This document shows positions 11,321 through 23,050 of a stretch of 64,000 bases of DNA, in pieces. The position numbers and the translations under genes are program-made. Positions within the stretch are counted from its first letter, which is position 1, and each line of letters opens with the position of its first letter. The DNA is from an uncultured Planctomycetota bacterium (GTDB lineage Bacteria; Planctomycetota; Planctomycetia; Isosphaerales; Isosphaeraceae). Location: positions 416,001 to 480,000 of the forward strand of contig CAWJTV010000041.1 of NCBI GenBank assembly GCA_963845755.1, written 5' to 3'. A model generated the notes under the pieces. That model worked only from the letters and a program-made list of their open reading frames with translations, did no database searches and was not told the origin of the DNA.

Positions 11321-11440
11321 CGATCTCCTGCAAGATTGGGGCGCACCGGACCTCTCACCATTCCAACGGTCCGCCGCGGCGTGCCCCGGATTTATGAGTG
11401 ACCTCGCCGGAGGTTTTCGCGCAGCGAGATAGGTCTCACG

Positions 11441-12403
11441 ATGGATCCTTACCTCACCCTGGGAATCGCGCGGGGCTGTAGCCGCCAGGAGCTCAAGGAT
11501 GCATTCCGGACCAAGGCAAGGTCCGCTCATCCCGATCGCGGCGGTGAGGTCCTGTCGTTCGTTCAACTGCGCACGGCCTACGAGCAGATCCTCGCGGAGC
11601 TGGACCGGGGTCCTGGTCCGGACCACGGGAAGCCCGGGGTGGCCCGATCCGACGAACACGCCACGACGACGACCCGCTCGGCCGTCGCGGAGGAACCCTA
11701 CGAATCCTGGCTCCGACACGTCGCGGCCCAGGCGAGTGGTAGTCAGTCCGTGTGGCGGTCCGCCCCGGTCCGCACGCTGGGAGTGGTGCTCGTATTGGTG
11801 CTGGTCACCGTGAATCTCGTCGTTTGCTGGGTCCTCTGGACCTCCAACTCACCGCTGCCGAGCGCCGCCCCTCCGGTCGAGCCGGCCATTGGCGCCGACG
11901 TGCTGGATGCGAGCTCCGCGCCGATCCGGCCCCCATCCCTCCCGAAGGAATTACGCCGGTGGGAGCGACGTCCGGCCAACCCCGCGGACTTCTTCGTCAT
12001 CCCCTACAATGCGACCCTCTACGTGGCCCCGGGGGTAGGAGATGGTGGCGGCGTCACTGAATTCGGCATCGTCGAGTCCCTGGGCGACCCCCTCCCGATC
12101 TTCACGGGCTTGCCCGGTCATCCCAATCCCACTCGTGAGATCGAGGTCGGCCCCGTCGCCGTCGGGTCGAATCTGCGGATCTACTTGAAGCGGGGCAACT
12201 CCTGGGCTTTCTCGGATTCCCTCTTCACGGAGCAGTCTCGCGAGACGTTCTCGGATCGAGACAATAGCCTCGGGGGACGTGGGTCGATCATCGAGAAGAC
12301 CGGCTCGAACACCTGGGTCCTGCACCTGGACGACATCGACTCCCACGATGATGACGATGGCGACATCTTCATCCAGATCCGGCTGGTGCCGCGAGAGGGG
12401 TGA
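11441..12403 (+). CDS. Membrane-anchored J-domain protein 2 with C-terminal extracytoplasmic domain
   Basis: MDPYLTLGI..AHPDRGG, TM helix LGVVLVLVLVTVNLVVCWVLW, C-terminal acidic loop LDDIDSHDDDDGDIFIQI. Confidence 0.8.
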   Translation: MDPYLTLGIARGCSRQELKDAFRTKARSAHPDRGGEVLSFVQLRTAYEQILAELDRGPGPDHGKPGVARSDEHATTTTRSAVAEEPYESWLRHVAAQASGSQSVWRSAPVRTLGVVLVLVLVTVNLVVCWVLWTSNSPLPSAAPPVEPAIGADVLDASSAPIRPPSLPKELRRWERRPANPADFFVIPYNATLYVAPGVGDGGGVTEFGIVESLGDPLPIFTGLPGHPNPTREIEVGPVAVGSNLRIYLKRGNSWAFSDSLFTEQSRETFSDRDNSLGGRGSIIEKTGSNTWVLHLDDIDSHDDDDGDIFIQIRLVPREG

Positions 12404-12427
12404 GCCGCGATGGTCGCGATCCTTCGA

Positions 12428-13743
12428 TCAGCCCAGGTTCAGGCACTTTCCCTCCCGGAATAGGGAGATGGGTCGGCCGGTTACCGAGTGGACTTCGTGG
12501 TGAGGGCCGATGCCCAGCCGCTGGAAGATCGTGGCAGCGAGGTCGTCGGGCGAGCAGGGGTTGACCGACGGAGCCATGCCGCGCGCGTCGGTCGAGCCGT
12601 AGACGGATCCGCCGGAAAAGCCGCCACCAGCCAGCAGGACGGCCATTGAGCGCGACCAGTGATCGCGCCCGGCGTTGCCGTTGACCTGCGGCGTCCTGCC
12701 GAACTCGCCGGCACACATGACGAGGGTTTCGTCCAGGAGGCCACGCGACTGGAGGTCGTCGGATCAAGTTCGAGAGCGCCTTGTCCAGGTCGGGAAGCAG
12801 ACGGTCTCTGAGCGTGCGGAAGTTGCCGGCGTGCGTGTCCCAGCCGCCGAACCCGAGCGTGACGAACCGGGCACCGGCTTCGATCAGCCGGCGCGCGGCC
12901 AGGGTCCCCTGCCCCAGCGGGCTCCGGCCGTAGTTGTCGCGGAGCCGGTCCGGCTCGCGCGCCAGGTCGAGCGCCGACCGGACGCGATCGGTCCGGAGGA
13001 TTTCGATGGCCTCCCGGTGGAAGGCGTCGAGGCCCGTCATGAGATCGGTGGCGTCGAGTGCCCGCAGGCCATGATCGAGCCCGGCTCGCAACGCGTCGCG
13101 GTCCTCCAGGTCGCGGAGCGCGCATCCCTGCCGGCAGCGAGACCCCGCGCGCCTCGAGACGTCCCCGGCCGGGTTCTCCCTCGACCTCGAACGGCCCGAA
13201 CGCGGGGCCGAGATAACCTGTGCCGGTCGTCGCCGCCCCTTCCCGCATCGCCGCGAACGTGATGTACGGCGGCATGCCCCGGCGCGACGGCAGCACCCGA
13301 GCCGCCAGCGAGCCCAGCGCCGGGTATTCCATCGCCGCGCTCGGCCGGTTGCCCGTGGACATGTACGTCGTGCCTGGCCCGTGCGCCGAGATCGTGTGGC
13401 TCAGCGATCGAATCAGCGATGCAACGGTCCATCACCTTCGCCAGGCCCGGCATGTGCTCGCCGATCGAAATCCCCGGCATGGCCGTGGCGATCGGCCGGA
13501 ACTCGCCCCGGATCTCCTCGGGAGCACCGGGCTTCAGGTCCCACATATCGATCGTCGCCGGTCCACCCGAGAGCCAGATCTGGATCACGCCCGTTGCCGG
13601 CTTCTTGGCCCCGGCGTGGCCGCGCCGGCCGTCGCCCGCAGTCGCAGCACGTCGGCCAGCTCCAGGCCGAACATGCCGGCCGCGCCGATCCGCAGGAAGT
13701 CGCGACGGTGGAACCCTTCGCAGTCGGTCGCCATTCGAGTCAT
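12428..13743 (-). CDS. DUF1501 family protein (several frameshifts)
   Basis: RRDFLRIG, IWLSGGPATIDMWDLKP, ARRLIEAGARFV, GWDTH, GEFGRTPQVNGNAGRDHW. Confidence 0.9.
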
Positions 13744-13761
13744 CACAGTGACCTTCTTTCC

Positions 13762-13830
13762 GTAGGTCAGGATTTCCAGCCTGACGCTCCCGTGGGGTAG
13801 ACAATTGTCAGGCAGGAAGGCCTGACCTAT
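13762..13830. repeat. REP doublet (REPIN-like), GTAGGTCAGG family
   Basis: gtaggtcaggatttccagcctgac ... gtcaggcaggaaggcctgacctat in inverted orientation; related copies at 45341 and 55191. Confidence 0.7.
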
Positions 13831-13836
13831 GGATGG

Positions 13837-16242
13837 TCAGTGGTTCAATATAAATTCACGCGTATTGATAATCGCCCAGAGCACGTCCGTCATGGCGGCC
13901 TTTCGGCTGGTCTTGGTCCGGAGGTGTTCGAGGATACGGTTGCGCTCATCGTCGGTGGGGAATCGCGAAAGTGTGGCGAGGAACAACTCGTCGATGATGG
14001 CGGCATCGCAACGATCGGATTCGAAGAGGGTGCGGAGCCGGCCGCGAGCCAGCTTGTCGAGCAGGCCCGGGTCGGACATGAGGAACAGGGCCTGGGGCAG
14101 TTCTGGGCCTCGGGGACGTTCGCAGTCGCAGGTCGCCACTCGCCGGGGACGGCCGAAGACGCGGAAGGCCTGCGCGAGGTCCGGCGATTGAACCAGGTTG
14201 GCGGCGACCTCAATGGCTCGCGCCCCTTTGGGTGAATCGGCGCCGAACTCACCGGGCACGCCGAGTGCGGCGTTGATCGCGTCGACCAGGACCTCGGCCA
14301 TCATCATTCGCGGCAAAGCACGGGCGAAGTTCCGCCGGTCGTCGAGGTTCCCCGCCTCCGGCTGCGAGGACCGCTGATAGGCTCGCGACCGGAGGATGGT
14401 CCGCTCCAGCCGGCGGATGTCGTAGACGTGTGAGACGAAGTCGGTCGCCAGAGCGTCGAGCAAGCGCGTGTTTGACGGTGGATTGGCGACCGAGAAGTTG
14501 TCGACCGGCTCGACCAGCCCGGCGCCGAAATACGCCGCCCAGACGCGGTTGACGAAACTCCGGGCGAAGTAGGGATTATCGGGCCGCGTCAACCAGGCGA
14601 AGAGCTCTTCGCGGGGGTCGGCCTTGTCGGGGAGGTCCGGACCGCCCGAGCGCCGCGGGCGGCAGTGGCCGGCCGGTCGCCGGGTCGGGGAGACCGCGCG
14701 CGGGGCGATCGGCCAGGAACACCTCGCGCACTCGGGGGATCGGCGGCAAGCCGCCATCTTGGTCGACGACTTCCGGCGCTCCTCCAGGAACCGCGCCGTC
14801 GCCGCCAGTCCGTCGGGCGAGAGGCCGAAGCGGACGTTCGCGAAGATGCTGGCATAGGCGCGATAGTCGGCCTGGGTCCAGCGGTCGAACGGATGCTTGT
14901 GACACTGGGCGCACTCGATCCGCACACCCAGCAGCGCAGTGGCCGTGCGCTCGGCCATCTGCTCGATCGGGAAGTATTCGCCGTTGATCGTGAACCGCCG
15001 CCAGAACAGGTCGAGCCCCGGTTTCGAGGCGTAGTCGGTCTCCCAGCCCGGCTCGCGCCGCGGCCATGCGACCGGTCTCGCGGTTGAGCCAGCGAGTCGA
15101 CGTCCTGGCCGTCGCGGCTGGTCGCACACAGAATTCCGCGCGACGATCCGGTCGTAGGGCACGTTCTCGGCGATGCGCTTGCGGAACCAGTCGTGCCACA
15201 TCCGCGCGCGTCGGGCTTTCAGGTCGTCGGGGCCCTCCATCGACTCGGTATCGCAGCCGGTGATATCGAGGAACCGCGTGGCCCAGAGGGCCGCGTGCAT
15301 GGGATGCGCGAGCAGCCGGTCAATGATCTGATCCCGCTTGCCCGGCGTGCGATCGCTGAGGAAATCCCGGACCTCCTCCGGTGTTGGCAGCGTACCAATC
15401 AAATCGAGCGTGACCCGGCGGAGGAACTCGGTGTCCGACGACGGACCCGACGGTGCGATCCCCAGGTTGCGGAGCTTGGCGAAGACCTCGCGGTCGATAT
15501 ATTCGGCCTCGGGCACTTCGTGAACAGCCACCTTCCGGCCCGACGAGACAGCGATCCGAGCCGCGGTGAGCTGTCCGTGATAGGAGGCGACAACCGCCGT
15601 GTCGCCGGGCCGCAGGCCGCGGACGGCTGCCGGCCGGGTCAACCGCGACAATCGCATCGTCCTTGACATGAATGTCGCAGAACAACGTCACGTCGGCCTC
15701 GGTACCATCGGTGAACCGGGCAACGATCGCCAGCCGGGCCGATTCGCCGGGCCGGGCGAGGTTCAGCTCCCGAGGGCGGATCGCGATCCGCTCGGCCACG
15801 GCGCGAGACGGGTCGCGACGAGCCCCGGCGGCGATCCAGGCGCGGATGACGCGATATTCCCACGAGCCCGGCGCGAACCGCTGGCCTCCTTCGTGCGGAA
15901 CCTGGCCGGTCGGCTTCAGCAGCACGAGGCTCCGGTCGGGCTCGATCACGTCCACACGGCGGCCCATCCCCTGGCGGACGATCGCGTCATAGTCGTGGCC
16001 CGGGTCGTGGCCGAAGAGGCTGAGGTTCAGCCCGCCCCGACCCTGGAACGAGCCGTGACAGGACCCGGCGTTGCAGCCCAGCCGGCCGAAGAGGCTCGCG
16101 ACGTGGCGGTCGAAGTCGACCTCCAGCGAGACTTGCTCCGTTCGGCAATAGCACCGGTGCCGAGGCCGGCCTCGCCCGCCAAGGTCAGCGAGCCCGCGAG
16201 CCATGCCAGCAGTCCGATCATCGTTCGAATGCCCCGGGGCAT
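13837..16242 (-). CDS. DUF1549/DUF1553 (PSCyt2/PSD1) domain protein (frameshifted)
   Basis: GCNAGSCHG, FLRRVTLDLIGTLPT, IECAQCHKHPFDRW, NPYFARSFVNRVW, C-terminal EFILNH. Confidence 0.9.
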
Positions 16243-16338
16243 CGCTCTGTCCTTGTCTGGATTTGAGATGCGAGATTCATGAATATCACAGTATGAAGAT
16301 CGGCCGATCTTGAATCTCGAATTCGGGATCTCGAATTC

Positions 16339-19108
16339 TCACTTCGGCTCCAGCACAAGCGTCGCCTCCTCGGTCTTGCCCTCGGGAGCTTGACCGTCCG
16401 GCTCGTCGGCTTGAACCCGTCGGCATAGACGGTGATCTTCACCTCGCGGTCGGGCGTGATCTTGGTCGGCGCGGAACCGGCCGTCGTCCTGCGGATCGAA
16501 GAGGACCTCCGTTGACCGCCGTTCTTGAGGCCCACTTGAAAGCCGGCCTCGGCGAGCTCCTCGCGTATACACGCCTGCCAGATGACGTCCTTGATCGGCA
16601 CGGCCATCCTTCGCGATGGCCTTGACGATCAGCGAGGTCTGCGTCGTAGCGGACGATCTCGAGGTCCTTGACGTCGTGGTCGAGCGTGCCGAACATGATG
16701 ACTGGCTGGCTTCGAGCTTCCCGTCCTTGCCGATGCGGTACCGCGTCGAGGTGAGCTGACCGGGGAAGATATGTGATCTGGGCTCGATCCAACCCGTGCG
16801 GGATCTTCACCGCGAATCTGCCATCCGCCGACGGGAGGACCATGGTGTGCCAGGACTCGCCGTCGATCTGGCCGATGATCATGAGGTTCCAGCCGCGGCG
16901 CGGCTTGCCTTTGCTGTCGACCCATCCGCCCTCGATCACGACGTGCGGAGTCGGCGGATCTCGATCGGACGGGCGTCTGCCCTCGCGTGATCGTCGACTT
17001 CTGCGGCGCGAAGACGCCCGGAGAGCCCGGCGGATCCATCCCTTGCGGCACCTGCAGGTCTTCCGCCGGGCTGGACGAGTAGCACGCCGGCCGGCAGCGG
17101 GTCGAACGTGAACCGGCCCTCGGCGTCGGTCTCGGCCTGACGCTCGATCTCGTCGGAGACAGCCAGCGGCTCGAGGATCTCGTGGTCGGCGCGAGCTGTC
17201 CGCGGTCGCGCTCGATCTTCGACGAACATCCCGGCCATCGGCTTGCCTTGCGCGTCGAGGGCCCGGCCCTTCAGCGTCGATGCCCGTCTTCAGGATGAAC
17301 GTCCCGAAATCGCCGCGCCGATCGCGGGATCGCGTGGGACTCCGGCGCGATAGTCCTTCGGCAGGATCCAGAACATCCCCAGGCCGGGGGTCATGATCGG
17401 GAGTCGGAAGCGGCCCTGCCGGTCGGTCTTGGCCCTGGCGAGCGAGCCGTACTCGCGCGGGCCCGGCCTCCACCTGGCCGACGTGAGCGAATACGCTCAC
17501 GACCTCGACCCCGTCGCCGGGCTTGCCGTCGGGCGTCTCGATCCGGCCGAGGACCGGCCTGGCCGGCCGGAGCGTCGATGTTCTCGAAGAACGGCCGATG
17601 GCCCCGGCTCTCTCCTTGCGGATCAGCTCAGGCCGTAGCCGAAGCCGGCCTGCGTGGCGTAGTCGGGGTGCTCGACGTCGAGCTCGATGTAGAGCCGCTT
17701 CACGGCGACCTGCTCGGGCGGGATCGTGAACGAGTAACGCCCTCCGCGTCCGTGGTGTGCCGGCTCTCCTCGATGATGCGGTTTCCTTCCCGGTTGTCGG
17801 AGTCCTTGCGGCGGACGGTCACGATCGCCCCGGCGATCGGCTTGCCGGTGTCCTTGTCCTTCACCTTGCCCGTATAGTGGAGCGTCTCGCCTTTCGGCTC
17901 GGCCTTGGCCGCGCGCGGCGCGGCTTTCGGGGCCTGGGGCTTCGGGTCTTCGGCCGGGGTGGAGTCGGCGCGGAGGCCGGCGACGATCAGGATGGCCAGC
18001 GCCGTCGCGGCGAGCCGCGCCGAGGCTCCAGGACCCTGGGGCAGCGGTGCTCGATCGGTTCGCGGTCGTTGACGAGCATGGTGACTCTCCGGGTCAGGTT
18101 CGAGGGGCTGATCGTAGATTCCCATCGCCGGCACGGGCGGCCGCGATGGCGGGCGGCGGTGTTCGCGGGCGAGCCGGACCAGGCAGGCGGCGTAGTCCTC
18201 GGGCGAGCCGATCGCCGCGGCGCGGTCGTCGGCCAGGTAGTCCTGGCAAAGCCGGAGCTGGCGCCGCAGCCACCAGAACAGCGGCTGGTAGAACAGGACA
18301 GCGCCGGCGAGGGCGGTGAGGTTCCAGGCCCAGGCGTCGCGCCGCTCGACGTGCGACCACTCGTGCGCCAGGGCATAGCGGGAGCGATTCGTCATCGCCC
18401 AGGTCTGCAGAGGTGCCGACGGCAGCAGGATCACCGGGCGGGTCCAGGTGAAGGTGAACGGCATCGCGCGATCTGGTCGCTGTCGAGCAGCTGCACCCGC
18501 TCACCGGCCGGCCCGCTGATGGCGAGGAAGCGGTCGCGCACCGACGGCGCGCCGGCCGCGCTCCGCGCGTGACCCGCCAGAGTACCGCCTGGCCCGAGGA
18601 CCCACCAGGCCAGCAATCCGCCCGATCGTCGAGGGCATACAGCGAGGATGAACCCTCTGTTGCCAGGGGACATCGGCCAGGGTCGAGAGCGCCGTTGACG
18701 CCCATCGCCGACGCCAGGCGTTGGTCCTCGTCGGCGCGGCGATCGTGCCGACCGGGTTGCATCGAGCGGGTCTTCGAGCGATCCGGAAGCGATTGCCCCG
18801 GTGACGCAGGTCAGCCGAACAAATCCATCGAAGGAGGCGCTGGTCGGGACCTTGAGAACGGGACATCTCGATGCCCGGGAAAGCCCCGATGTCAACCACC
18901 GCGCAGCAACCGGGAAGCCGGATCGGGAGCGGAAGGCGACAGCCGAGCCAGGGCACGAGGAGTCCGCCGAGTATCGTCAGGACGACCAGCCGCGCCGCGT
19001 CGACCGGCTGACGGCAGAGCCGCACCGCCAAGCCGCCCACCGCCAACACGATCAGGCCGCCCAGGGCGGACTGCACCAGCGAATCCCAGATCGACACAGC
19101 CAGGCCAT
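16339..19108 (-). CDS. M56 (BlaR1/MecR1-like) metallopeptidase with carboxypeptidase-regulatory-like C-terminal domains, paralog A (heavily frameshifted)
   Basis: ALAHEWSHVERRD HExxH, FYQPLFWWLRRQLRLCQDYLADD, GKVKDKDTGKPIAGA. Confidence 0.8.
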
Positions 19109-19304
19109 GATGCGCTCCGCGATGCTTAAGCCCGCAAGACCGAGCTGGAGAATCGCTTTCCTGCACGATGGTGCGGCGATCCTGCGCAGTATTCGGCTAG
19201 AGATTCTGCATTTCTGAGCAGGATTCAGTCGCCATTTCATGTCGAGAATTCGGGAATAGGGAATCTTGGATTCGTAATCCTTCTTCCGACGAGGCGAAGC
19301 CGCA

Positions 19305-22070
19305 TCACGGAGTCTTCTCCAGCACAGTTCGACCTCCCGTGTTGCTCCTTCCGCCAGCGCGAACACCGCCGAGGTCTTCGACGCATAACCCTTGGCCTGG
19401 GCGGTGAGGTCAATTCCTGGTCCGGATACACCCCCTCGGATCGGAACCGGCCGTCTTCTTGCTCCTCGAAGCTGCAGTCCGAGCGCACCCCACCTTTGAG
19501 GAGCTACGGCCGCCACGCCCTTTGTCCTTGTTCGCGGTGTAGTTGGCCGAGACCTCAATGTTGACTGGCTTCGAGCCGTCCTTGGTCTTCACCTTCACGA
19601 CCACGGTCGGGGCCACGTAGCGGACGATCTCAATACCCTTGATGTCGTGGTCGAGCGTGCCGAGATGGAGGGATTCCAGTGTTGCTCAAGGAGGCATCCT
19701 TCGAGCGGCGGAATCGCAGGACATATGCTGGTTGGACTGGAAATCGAAAGCTGGGCCTCCTCTAAACCGTGCGGGGCCTGCAAGGTATAATCCCGTCCTC
19801 AATGGGCTGGACATCGGCACTCCAGTGGTCGCCATCGATCCTGCCGATGATGAACGCCTTGTGGCCCTTCGCCTTAGCCCCCTTGCTGTCATGAACCTGG
19901 GCCTCGACGACCACGTGTGGGACCGCTCTGATGACGATAACCTCCGGCGTCTCGCCGTCCTTGACAGTCAGTTTCTGGGCAGTGAAGACACCCGGCAGGG
20001 ACCGTCGGGGCATATCCTCCACATCGTTGCGCGTGGCGGGGTCCGAGCCCTGCTCGGTCAGATTGATCTCATAACGGCCGGCCGGCATGGAGGGGATCGT
20101 GAACGCGCCGTCCTCACCGGTCACGACCGTCCGGCAGATGTAGTCACCGGCGAAATCCAGTTCCTTTTCCTCCTCGAGCTCCCTCGTCCGGTCGCGGTCG
20201 GCCCGCACCTGGGCCCCGACGACCGGCTTACCTTGCGCGTCGAGCGCCTTGCCCTGGATCGTGTTCCCCGTCTCCAGCGCGATCGTCCCAAGGTCACCCC
20301 GCCGGCCGTTCTTCAGGACGTGGGTCGACAGGGCATATTCTCGGGGACAACCCAGAAGACCGCCGGGCCGGAAGGGAACAGGTCGAGCCGGAACCGGCCG
20401 TCTGCGTCGGTCGAGGTCCAGGTGAAGGCCCCCCACTCGTTCGGGTCCTTCCTCTTCATTCCGGGTTCGTGCAGAAGGCATTGATCCGGACCCCGGCGAC
20501 GGGCGTACCTTCCGGATTCACCAGCCGGCCCGCGACCGACGTGCCCGGCCGGAGCGCAATAGTCCTCGAAGAAGGGCCGGGCTCCCACTTTTTCGTTCCT
20601 TGCGATCGGGCCGTATCCGTTGGCGCCGTAATAAAAGACGTATCCCGGGTGGTTGACGTCGAGGTAGATGAAGAGCCAAGGTTTGGCCAACTGCTCGGGA
20701 GCGATGCTGAAGCGGTACCTCCCGTCGGAGTCGGTCTTTTGCCGGGTCTCCCTCAGGGTCTTCTCGGTGTGGGTCTTGTCATACTTGGAGATCCGGACGA
20801 AGCACCGAGGCGTCACGATCGGCTGGCCCGTGTCCTTGTCGGTGACCCGTCCCACATAGGTCTTCCAGCCTCGGCCTTCACCGAACGATCCGCCGGGGTG
20901 CTGTTCACTTTCGTTTCCTGGGTCGACGGGTTTCCGGCCTGGAGGGAGTCGGGCGGGCGGCCGCATCGAGCCGCAAGCCGGAGACCGCGGCGATCACGAC
21001 GACGGCGACCAGCGCCGGCGGCCAGGCTCCAGGCGTCCGGCAGCGACGCTCCCAGGGCTCGCGATCCTGCGAGAGCATGACGACCCGCCGATAGAGGTTC
21101 GACCGCCGGTCGCCGACGCCCAGGGCCGGGAGCGCCAATCCCGACTGCCTGGCCCGCGCGAGCCGGACGAGATAGGCGGCATAGTCCTCGGGCGAGCCGA
21201 TCGCCGCGGCCCGGTCGTCGGCCAGGTAGTCCTGGCAGAGCCGGAGCTGCCGCCGCAGCCACCAGAACAGCGGCTGGTAGAACAGACGACGCCGGCGACG
21301 GCGGCGAGGTTCCAGGCCCAGGCGTCGCGGCGCTCGACGTGCGACCACTCGTGTGCCAGGCCGTAGCTGCAGCGCGCCGCCTCGTCGCCGGTCGCAGAGC
21401 GTCCGCCGGCAGCGAGGATGACCGGGCCGGATCCAGGTGAAGGTGAACGGCAGCGCGATCCGGTCGCTACCAGCAGCCGGACCGCTTCGCCGGCCGGTCC
21501 CGCTGATGGTGAGGAACCGTCGCGGACGGCTCCGGGCGCCGGCCGTCGCCGCGCGGGTCACCCGCCACAGCAGGAGCTGCCCGAACAGCCACCACGCCGC
21601 CATCCCGGCCGCCGCGGCGAGGTACAGGCCCGGGACGAGGATCGGCCAGGAGACCGCGACGGTCGTCCGGGCCGCGGACGCGGCGCGCCCATCGCCTCGG
21701 TCTGTCATCGATCCGCGTGGCCTGGCGCTCGCCCGCTCGCGACAGAACGACCGCGGTTCCGCATGCCGATCTTCGGCCGGCCTTCCGATGCGATCGCAAC
21801 GACTTCCGCGTTCGCGGGCTGCGACAGACTTGCCCACCACGCGTTTCTACGGTCGGAGCCGGGAGCAGCCCGGCCGACCATCGCGGCAGCGACTGGGACC
21901 GTCATCAGCATCGCGACGGCCAGGCCCCCCAGGAGGGTCAGGACGAGAGCCGCGCCCGCCGCACCGGCTGCCGGCAGAGCCGCACCGCCAGGCCGCCCTG
22001 CGCGAGGACGATCAGACCCCCCGCGGCGGCGTTCGCCAGCCATCGCCCGGCGAGGATGTATCCATAGCAT
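19305..22070 (-). CDS. M56 (BlaR1/MecR1-like) metallopeptidase, paralog B (heavily frameshifted)
   Basis: Same M56 core (AHEWSH region, LCQDYLADDRAAAIGSPEDYAA), GRVTDKDTGQPI, GKALDAQGKPVVGA. Confidence 0.8.
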
Positions 22071-22074
22071 GTCA

Positions 22075-22481
22075 TTACTCCTCCTCGGGCTCGGGTTCGT
22101 GCCCTTTCCCCGCGACCCCTTCCGCTTGCGGGCCTCGGCGATCAGCCGCTCCAGGTCCTTCAGCTCGTCGTCGCTCGCGTCCTTGGCCTGGAGCAGGCTC
22201 ACACCACCTGGTCCAGCGCCCCGTCGAACACCCGGTGCAAGACCCGCGAGGCCACCTTGTCCCGGCTGTAGACCGGCTCGTAGATGAACGTCCGCCCTTC
22301 GGCACGATGCCGCACCAGTCCCTTGTCTTCCATGATCCGCAGCAGCGTCTGCACCGTGTTGAACGCCAGCTCGCCGCCCGGACACATCCGCTCGTGCACC
22401 TCGCCGCACGCTCCCCGAGCCGATCGCCCAGAGCGCCTTGAGCACGTCCATCTCCCGCTCGCTCGGCACCACCTCGGCCAA
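22075..22481 (-). CDS. blaI: BlaI/MecI/CopY family repressor (frameshifted)
   Basis: PSEREMDVLKALW..LAFNTVQTLLRIMEDKGLVRHRAEGRTFIY..VFDGALDQVV. Confidence 0.85.
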
Positions 22482-22510
22482 ACGCCACCCCCTTCCGCGA
22501 ACCGCTACAT

Positions 22511-22531
22511 ACCTAACTTATTAAGTTAGGT
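22511..22531. promoter_or_regulatory. Putative BlaI operator ACCTAACTTA-T-TAAGTTAGGT
   Basis: Perfect AT-rich 10-1-10 palindrome about 30 bp upstream of the blaI start. Confidence 0.75.
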
Positions 22532-22699
22532 GAAGGATATCCTCGGCTCGGCAGGCGGTCAAGGGAGGGATCCCGAAATCTTATTGAGCGATTCGGACAA
22601 TGTTCGTCGCGATCAGGATCGATTGGCGGCCACTTCGGGTCTGCTGTAGAATGTGTAGGGGTCGGCGACGCCCAAAGTCGCGAGGGGAGGGAACCAGCG

Positions 22700-23050
22700 A
22701 TGCCCACGAAACGCGATCCGAAGAAGAAATCTTCCAAGCAGCCCGGCACCAAACGTGGTGCAAATGGTCGGGGCGTCGCCGTTGCCGAGGCGAGGGTCTC
22801 CGCACTGCCCGATGTCACCGGCGACACCACGCTCGATCGCGAGGTCGATTATTATCTCGCGCACCTGCCTGAGTGGTCCGGGCACGAGGGACAGCACGTC
22901 CTGATCCACGGCGCAGAACCATTCGGCTTCTTCGCGACACGCGATGCTGCACTGCAAGAAGGGCTCCGGCGGTTTGGTTGGGTTCCCTTCTTGGTCAAGC
23001 AAGTCCAGCGCGACGAAGAGCCGATCCAACTGGGCAGAGTGATCTTCTGA
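22700..23050 (+). CDS. Small hypothetical protein (DUF5678-like)
   Basis: LDREVDYYLAHLPEW..EGQHVLIHG..FATRDAALQEGLRRFG..PFLVKQV; stop overlaps the next start (TGATG). Confidence 0.65.
   Translation: MPTKRDPKKKSSKQPGTKRGANGRGVAVAEARVSALPDVTGDTTLDREVDYYLAHLPEWSGHEGQHVLIHGAEPFGFFATRDAALQEGLRRFGWVPFLVKQVQRDEEPIQLGRVIF

Noticed and set aside
16261..16337. Degenerate heptamer runs with a 9-bp inverted pair (similar runs near 19245 and 41710)
   Set aside because: Too short and degenerate to call as an element from sequence alone.
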